64,000 bases of DNA from contig CAYLYK010000004.1 in NCBI GenBank assembly GCA_964388115.1, forward strand, positions 150,975-214,974, written 5' to 3'. The translations under genes and the position numbers were made by a program. Under the pieces are notes generated by a model. The model saw nothing but the letters and a program-made list of their open reading frames with translations. It searched no databases and had not been told where the DNA came from. Below, in pieces: positions 58,581 through 64,000 of this stretch (positions are counted from its first letter, which is position 1; the number at the start of each line of letters is the position of its first letter). Source of the stretch: an uncultured Hyphomicrobiales bacterium. Its GTDB lineage: Bacteria > Pseudomonadota > Alphaproteobacteria > Reyranellales > JAQSWP01.

Positions 58581-59519
58581 ATGATCCTCGTCGAGAACCT
58601 GGTTTTCGACTACCCGACCAAACGCGCCCTGCATGGCGTGTCGCTGGTGGTGCGCGAAGGCAGCATCACCGCCCTGGTCGGCCCCAACGGCGCGGGCAAG
58701 ACAACCCTGATGCGCTGCATCGCGGCACTCGATCCGCCCTACTCGGGCCGCATCACCGTCGCCGGCATCGACGTGTTCGAAGAGCCGCGCAAGGCGCACG
58801 AGGTGATGGGCTATCTCTCCGACTTCTTCGGCCTCTACGACGATCTCACCGTGCGCCGCTGCCTGATCCATGCCGCCGATTCGCACGGGCTCTCGCGCGC
58901 CCGCCGCGACGAGCGCGTGCAGCAGACCGCCATCGCGCTGGGGCTGGAGGATCGGCTGGGGCAGAAGGCCAGCACCCTGTCGCGGGGCTTGCGCCAGCGC
59001 CTGGCCATCGCCCAGGCCATCGTGCACGAGCCGCGCGTGCTGCTGCTGGACGAACCTGCCGCCGGGCTCGATCCCGAAGCGCGGCAGGACCTGTCGGTGC
59101 TGCTGCGTAGCCTGGCATCGCGCGGCATGACCCTGCTGGTCTCCTCCCACATCCTGGCCGAGCTCGAGGACTATTCCACCGACATGGTGATCGTCGATGG
59201 CGGGCGCATCGTGGAGAACCGCGCGCTGGGCGGCGGCGCCACACAAGCCGGCATCGCCAAGGTCACCATGGTGCTGGAGCTGGCGAGCGATGCGCCAAAT
59301 CTCGAAGCCACGCTTTCCGGCATGGCGGGGATCGGCGATCTGGTCGTCACCGGCAACGAAGCGCGCTTCACCCTGGCCGACGACGCCTCCCGCCGCGCCG
59401 CCCTGCTGCGGCATCTGATCGAGGCTCGCATCCCGGTGGCCGGGCTGACGCGCGAGCGCACCAGCCTGCAGGATTCCTACATCAGGCGCGTCAACGAAGC
59501 GCGCCAGGAAAGGCCATAG
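58581..59519 (+). CDS. ABC transporter ATP-binding protein (ABC-2/CcmA-like)
   Basis: Walker A 'GPNGAGKTT', signature 'LSRGLRQR', Walker B 'LLLDEP'. Extra ~90-aa C-terminal domain. Confidence 0.88.
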   Translation: MILVENLVFDYPTKRALHGVSLVVREGSITALVGPNGAGKTTLMRCIAALDPPYSGRITVAGIDVFEEPRKAHEVMGYLSDFFGLYDDLTVRRCLIHAADSHGLSRARRDERVQQTAIALGLEDRLGQKASTLSRGLRQRLAIAQAIVHEPRVLLLDEPAAGLDPEARQDLSVLLRSLASRGMTLLVSSHILAELEDYSTDMVIVDGGRIVENRALGGGATQAGIAKVTMVLELASDAPNLEATLSGMAGIGDLVVTGNEARFTLADDASRRAALLRHLIEARIPVAGLTRERTSLQDSYIRRVNEARQERP

Positions 59520-59528
59520 GGTGAAGCC

Positions 59529-60893
59529 ATGAGCCTGATGAACCCCGAATTCCGCCGCAACCTGTGGCTCGAGCTGACGCCGGGCAGGCTCGCCATTTCC
59601 ATCCTGGCCGTGGTCTCGCTGCTGGCGCTGGCCGGCGTGCGCGACAAGGGCGTCACGGCGCTGTCCGGCACCGCTGAATTCCTGTTCGCCGTGGTCGTCT
59701 TCTTCTGGGGCGGCAGGCTGGCGTCCGACGCGGTGCTGCAGGAAATTTCCGACCGCACCTGGGACAACCAGCGCATGTCGGCGCTGGGCCCGTGGGCGAT
59801 GAGCTGGGGCAAGCTGTTCGGCGCGCCGATCTGCGCCTGGGCCGCCGCCGTGCCGGCGCTCGCGGTGATGGCGTGGATCGACGGCGTGCAGCGGGCCGCC
59901 ACCTATATCCTGCTGGGCGTGCTGTGCCATGCCATCTCGCTCGCCCTGTCGCTGCAATCGATCCGCAAGGGCCGCCAGCATGGGCGCATCAAGACGCTGT
60001 TCTTCCAATTCGTGGCGCTCATGGTGGTGCTGCCGTTCGCCTATGCGCTGATCTGGTTCGACCAGTGGATCGCGCGCGAGGCGATCTACTGGTTCTCCTG
60101 GCGGACCGGCATCCAGACCTTCGCGCTCATCTCCGCCCTGCTGTTCTCCGCCTGGGCGGTGCTGGCGGTGTATCGCCAGATGCGGCTGGAATTGCAGAAG
60201 CCCACCGCGCCCACCGCCTGGCTGGCCTTCCTGCTGTTCCTGCTGCTCTACCAGACCGGCCTGGTCTATGGCGGCAGCCATTCGGTCGATGCGCTGGTGC
60301 GCGACTATTCCGACTTCAAGCTGCGCGATTCCACGCCCTTCACCATCTCGCTGGTGCTGGCCGCGCTCAGCCTCAACGCGCTGACGTATCTCGCGATCTT
60401 CACCGAGCCCAAGAGCATGATCGGCCTGCGCCAGATGGCCGATGCGCTGCGCCAGAGCGACTGGCGCCGGCTGTGGCTGCACACGCCGCGCTGGCTGGTG
60501 ACCTTGAAGCTCGCGGCGCTGGCCACCGTGCTGGTGGTGTTGTTCGTCGATCTGCCGGCCACCGCCAAGGCCGCCGACACCGATATCGCGCGCCTGGCGA
60601 TCGCCGTCTTCCTCTTCCTGCTGCGCAATGTCGGCATCGTGCTGCTGTGCAATTTCATCGCCCGCTCGGGGCGCGGCGATTTCGCGGCGGTGGTGATCCT
60701 GCTGGTGCTGACCGTGGTGCTGCCGCTGATGCTGGGCGGCGCGATACCGGCCGTGGCGGCGCTGTTCCAGCCGCCGATCGAGGGCGGCTGGGGCACGACG
60801 CTCGTTCCCATCCTGGCGCAACTGGTTTTAATCGGCGGATTGCTGGTGCGCGTCTTTATGCAAGCGGAAAAGCAGCGCATTCGGGCGGTTTGA
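59529..60893 (+). CDS. Polytopic membrane protein of unrecognised family (presumed partner of the ABC ATPase)
   Basis: Starts 9 nt after the ATPase stop. Many hydrophobic segments. GC3-rich codon usage. No motif recognised. Confidence 0.6.
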   Translation: MSLMNPEFRRNLWLELTPGRLAISILAVVSLLALAGVRDKGVTALSGTAEFLFAVVVFFWGGRLASDAVLQEISDRTWDNQRMSALGPWAMSWGKLFGAPICAWAAAVPALAVMAWIDGVQRAATYILLGVLCHAISLALSLQSIRKGRQHGRIKTLFFQFVALMVVLPFAYALIWFDQWIAREAIYWFSWRTGIQTFALISALLFSAWAVLAVYRQMRLELQKPTAPTAWLAFLLFLLLYQTGLVYGGSHSVDALVRDYSDFKLRDSTPFTISLVLAALSLNALTYLAIFTEPKSMIGLRQMADALRQSDWRRLWLHTPRWLVTLKLAALATVLVVLFVDLPATAKAADTDIARLAIAVFLFLLRNVGIVLLCNFIARSGRGDFAAVVILLVLTVVLPLMLGGAIPAVAALFQPPIEGGWGTTLVPILAQLVLIGGLLVRVFMQAEKQRIRAV

Positions 60894-60975
60894 TCTTTTT
60901 TCCATTAACGCTATACACAGTCTTCCACAGACCGCATCCATAACGCCTGCACGCCGGGCCTGATAGGTTGCCGCG

Positions 60976-62493
60976 ATGGAAGCCAAGCCAGATACCGCAA
61001 AGATCGCGCGCCTGCGCGACGACGACCGCCCGCTGTTCCGCACGCCGCCGCACAATCTGGAGGCGGAGCAGGCGCTGTTGGGCGCCATCCTGATGAACAA
61101 CCTCGCCTACAACCGCGTGTCCGATTTCCTGCGGCCCGAGCATTTCGCCGACGCCATGCACGGGCGCATCTACGACACGCTGGCGCGGCTGATCGAACGC
61201 AACCAGATCGCAACGCCCGTTACCTTGCGCCCCTATTTCGAGCAGGACGAGAGCCTGACCGCCGTGGGCGGCGTCGGCTATCTCGCCCGGCTGGCCTCGG
61301 CCGCCGTCGGCGTCATCAATGCCTTCGATTACGGCCGCCTGGTGCACGATCTCTATCTGCGCCGCCAGCTCATCGACGTCGGCGACCAGCTGGTCAACGG
61401 CTCCTACCAGCCCGAAATCGACCGAAGCGCCATCGACCAGATCGAGATCACCGAAAAGCGCCTCTATGATCTGGCGCAAACCGGCCAGGTCGAGGGCGGG
61501 TTCGTGCCGTTCCAGCGCGCCATCACCGAAGCCATCGTCATGGCCGAGGCCGCCTACAAGCGCGAGGGCCGGCTGACCGGCGTCTCCACCGGCCTCTACC
61601 CGGTCGACCGCCTGCTGGGCGGGTTGCACAAATCGGACCTGCTGATCCTCGCCGGCCGCCCCGGCATGGGCAAGACGGCGCTGGCCACCAACATCGCCTT
61701 CCACATCGCCAATACCTACAGAGAAGGCCTCGACGAGCACGGCAAGCAGATCGTGGTCGATGGCGGCAATATCGGCTTCTTCTCGCTGGAAATGTCGTCC
61801 GAGCAGCTCGCCACCCGTATCCTGTCCGAACAGGCGGAAGTCTCCTCCGAGCGCATCCGCCGCGGCGAGCTGAACGCCGAGGAATTCCACCGCGTGGTCG
61901 AGACCAGCGCCCGGCTGGAGCGCATCCCGATGTTCATCGACGATTCGCCCGGCCTGTCGATCGCCGCGCTGCGCACCCGCGCCCGTCGCCTCAAGCGCCA
62001 GCACGGCTTGCAGCTCATCGTGGTCGACTACCTGCAGCTCCTCTCCCCCTCCGGCGGCTCGCGCCAGGAGAACCGCGTGCAGGAGATTTCCGAGATCACG
62101 CGCGGGCTTAAGACGCTGGCCAAGGAGCTCGACGTGCCGGTGCTGGCGCTGTCGCAGCTTTCCCGCGCCGTCGAGCAGCGCGAGGACAAGCGGCCGCAGC
62201 TTTCGGACCTGCGCGAATCGGGATCGATCGAGCAGGACGCCGACGTGGTGATGTTCGTCTATCGCGAGGAGTACTACCACAAGCAGCGCCCGCCGCAGCA
62301 GCGCGACGACGAGCCGGCCGAGAAGTTCCACGACCGCATGGACAAGTGGCAGCAGCACGGCGAGGAGATCTACGGCAAGGCCGAAGTCATCATCGCCAAG
62401 CAACGCCACGGTCCTACGGGCACGGTGAACCTCAGGTTCGACGGCCCGACGACGCGCTTCTCGAACCTCGAAGAGGATGGCGGACCGGGCTGA
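60976..62493 (+). CDS. dnaB: Replicative DNA helicase
   Basis: '[15 protein letters not shown]', Walker A 'GRPGMGKTA', '[11 protein letters not shown]', '[11 protein letters not shown]'. Confidence 0.95.
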   Translation: MEAKPDTAKIARLRDDDRPLFRTPPHNLEAEQALLGAILMNNLAYNRVSDFLRPEHFADAMHGRIYDTLARLIERNQIATPVTLRPYFEQDESLTAVGGVGYLARLASAAVGVINAFDYGRLVHDLYLRRQLIDVGDQLVNGSYQPEIDRSAIDQIEITEKRLYDLAQTGQVEGGFVPFQRAITEAIVMAEAAYKREGRLTGVSTGLYPVDRLLGGLHKSDLLILAGRPGMGKTALATNIAFHIANTYREGLDEHGKQIVVDGGNIGFFSLEMSSEQLATRILSEQAEVSSERIRRGELNAEEFHRVVETSARLERIPMFIDDSPGLSIAALRTRARRLKRQHGLQLIVVDYLQLLSPSGGSRQENRVQEISEITRGLKTLAKELDVPVLALSQLSRAVEQREDKRPQLSDLRESGSIEQDADVVMFVYREEYYHKQRPPQQRDDEPAEKFHDRMDKWQQHGEEIYGKAEVIIAKQRHGPTGTVNLRFDGPTTRFSNLEEDGGPG

Positions 62494-62525
62494 GCCTCGA
62501 ATCCCCTCCCCCCTCTTTTCATATC

Positions 62526-62625
62526 CCCTCCCCCCTTGCGGGGGAGGGCTAGGGCGGGGGGTGACCAGTAGAGATGTCACCTGTGTTGCACCCCCCTCCC
62601 CACCCTCCCCCGCAAGGGGGGAGGG
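62526..62625. repeat. REP-like palindromic element built from two mutually inverted 23-nt G/C hairpins
   Basis: CCCTCCCCCCTTGCGGGGGAGGG (62526-62548) is the exact reverse complement of CCCTCCCCCGCAAGGGGGGAGGG (62603-62625). A central hairpin GGTGAC-N10-GTCACC lies between them. Confidence 0.7.
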
Positions 62626-62644
62626 AGTTTGAGGAGAGAATGCG

Positions 62645-63151
62645 CTACAACCCTTCCCGCAACACCGACATCGGCAGGAACAGCGTGCGCGAGCCTGCGG
62701 GGAATTCCTTGAAACCGTATTGCAGGTAGAACGCGGCAGCCTCGTCGTCGATCGCATGCACCAGCACCGCAGCCGCCCCAACCACTCCGGAAACCTCCAG
62801 GCAGCGCAAGAGCGCGTCGCGCAACAGGGATTGGCCGACGCCCTTGCGCTGATGCGCCAAATCCAGCGCCAGACGCGCCAGCACCAGGACCGGCACGGGA
62901 TCGGGCATGTTCTGCCGCATCTTGGCGTTCAAGCCATCGTGGCCGACGCTGCCGGTCGAGAGCGAGTAGTAGCCGATCACCGTGTTTGCCTGCGCGATGA
63001 CGTAAGTTCGCGCCGAGCGGCCTTCCGCCTTGAGCGCGCGCTGCTTCAGCCAGTCGCTCAGCGCCGGCTTGCCGCAATCGAAAGTCGAAACGTCGTGCGT
63101 CGCGGCAAGAGCGGTCGGAGCGGCAATGGCGCCCGACGCTATTTCTCCCAC
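62645..63151 (-). CDS. GNAT-family acetyltransferase toxin (TacT/AtaT/KacT-like)
   Basis: 'FDCGKPALSDWLKQRA' N-terminal pattern and 'RKGVGQSLL' acetyl-CoA-binding motif. The GTG start overlaps the antitoxin 3-prime end by 13 nt. Confidence 0.78.
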   Translation of the reverse strand: MGEIASGAIAAPTALAATHDVSTFDCGKPALSDWLKQRALKAEGRSARTYVIAQANTVIGYYSLSTGSVGHDGLNAKMRQNMPDPVPVLVLARLALDLAHQRKGVGQSLLRDALLRCLEVSGVVGAAAVLVHAIDDEAAAFYLQYGFKEFPAGSRTLFLPMSVLREGL

Positions 63152-63450
63152 GGCGCTTTCTTTTTCAGCAGCCGGCGCAGCTTTTCGTTGGGCCGCGGCG
63201 GCGCATCCAGCGCCGCCTGGAAAGCCGCGAACTGCTTGCGGTCAAGCCGGAACAGCCGCTGATCGAGCAGCACGTCGGTCGCCTGCTGGGTGGCGCTATC
63301 GACCACGAACTCGGTCCTGGTCTTGCCCAGCACCTCGGCCGCCGAATCGATGAGGTCGCGTTTCTGCTGGGCGATCCGCAGATTTATGATCGCATCGCTG
63401 CGGCTTCGCTCGGCCGTGCGCTTCGGGGTCGTGGTTGCACGCGAGGCCAT
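63139..63450 (-). CDS. DUF1778 (TacA-like, RHH) antitoxin
   Basis: 'INLRIAQQKRDLIDSAAEVLGKTRTEFVVDSA' ribbon-helix-helix pattern. AAGGAG RBS before ATG 63450. The track ORF to 63618 is a spurious extension. Confidence 0.78.
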   Translation of the reverse strand: MASRATTTPKRTAERSRSDAIINLRIAQQKRDLIDSAAEVLGKTRTEFVVDSATQQATDVLLDQRLFRLDRKQFAAFQAALDAPPRPNEKLRRLLKKKAPWEK

Positions 63451-63503
63451 GGTTTCGGCTCCTTGTCGATACAGGGGGTTGCTACGGTGCATCTTCCGAT
63501 GAT

Positions 63504-63524
63504 GTGTATACATTGTCAATACAC
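63504..63524. promoter_or_regulatory. Inverted repeat GTGTAT-N9-ATACAC overlapping a minus-strand TTGACA hexamer (operator/promoter candidate for the TA pair)
   Basis: Read directly. Located ~55-75 nt upstream of the antitoxin ATG in a lower-GC spacer. An adjacent direct repeat ACATTG.CA is present. Confidence 0.4.
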
Positions 63525-63626
63525 ACATTGACGCCACTGCCCTGAACAACAACTCACAGAGCCAGCAAAACGCCTGCATTATCAGCACTGGCACCGTGCG
63601 CGCGCGGTGGCTAATCATACGCCTGC

Positions 63627-63905
63627 ATGCACAGCGAACCGCACCTCCACCTCACCTTCCGCCACGAAGTCAGAGTCCGCGTGCCCGAAGGGCGGCGCCT
63701 GCTGGCGTTGTCGCTGATGGCCAGGGAAATCGCCGGCGACAAACACGCGTGGTGGAACACCAACGGCTACACCATCTTCGCTTTCCCGACGCAGGAGTTG
63801 CGCGATCGCTTCGAGGCGGAAGCGGTCGAGATCGTCAACGGCTCGGAAATGTCGTGGGACCAGATCCTGATCGCCTGCGAGCGCGTGCGGGCGCGCGGGC
63901 GCTAG
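63627..63905 (+). CDS. Hypothetical protein
   Basis: 92-aa ORF with strongly GC3-biased codons typical of this genome. No clear RBS and no family recognised. Confidence 0.4.
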   Translation: MHSEPHLHLTFRHEVRVRVPEGRRLLALSLMAREIAGDKHAWWNTNGYTIFAFPTQELRDRFEAEAVEIVNGSEMSWDQILIACERVRARGR

Positions 63906-64000
63906 GGCGGATCAACAGGCGCCATGTATCCGTCGGAGAAATGGAAACTTTTCTTCACCGTCGGCGATCTCGAGCGGCGCAACGTGGCGCTGCGCATCGT

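Noticed and set aside
57285-60821. 1178-aa minus-strand ORF, the longest in the window
   Set aside because: It lies antisense to three well-supported plus-strand genes (cfa, ABC ATPase, membrane protein). Its Arg/Gly/Ala/His/Gln-rich composition has no motifs. This is a classic high-GC shadow ORF.
63924-64000. ATG-initiated ORF running off the right window edge (MYPSEKWKLFFTVGDLERRNVALRI...)
   Set aside because: Only 25 codons are visible and no family is recognisable, so there is insufficient evidence to annotate it.

Overview
High-GC (mid-60s % by eye) chromosomal segment with alphaproteobacterial gene content and synteny: hdaA-perM-DUF2066/purMN, pepA-holC, lptD-surA-pdxA-rsmA, fabD-fabG-acpP-fabF-mltG, rpsF-rpsR-rplI, dnaB, ppk-ppx, aspS, rnd, ndk, gmk. 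I call about 65 protein genes and no rRNA, tRNA, CRISPR array, transposase or integrase. Most long ORFs in the six-frame track are antisense or out-of-frame shadows of real genes, which is typical of high-GC DNA. Several track ORFs are real genes with spurious upstream extensions, and I trimmed those to starts with RBS or family support. Two real genes fall below the track size cut-off: rpmG at 4119-4286 and a 40-aa cytochrome oxidase subunit IV-like protein at 30447-30569. The accessory or unusual content sits in a few lower-GC pockets. (1) 7.6-13.5 kb: two tandem paralogous stand-alone NRPS-type condensation-domain genes run directly into GT2 glycosyltransferase, patatin-like lipase and ROK kinase genes, with no A, T or TE domains anywhere in the window. 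(2) 49.5-51.0 kb: three paralogous genes for small Sec-secreted two-cysteine proteins lie downstream of mltG, and a 38-bp duplicate of the mltG 3-prime end brackets two of them. (3) 0.4-2.8 kb: an HTH-fused citrate-synthase-like gene is divergent from a second citrate-synthase-like gene, across an AT-rich spacer containing a perfect 17-bp palindrome. (4) 62.6-63.5 kb: a GNAT/DUF1778 (TacT/TacA-like) toxin-antitoxin pair with a palindromic operator candidate. (5) 58.6-60.9 kb: an ABC ATPase is paired with a large unclassified polytopic membrane protein. Three different REP-like palindromic intergenic elements are also present. All family assignments come from motif recognition by eye; no database search was run.
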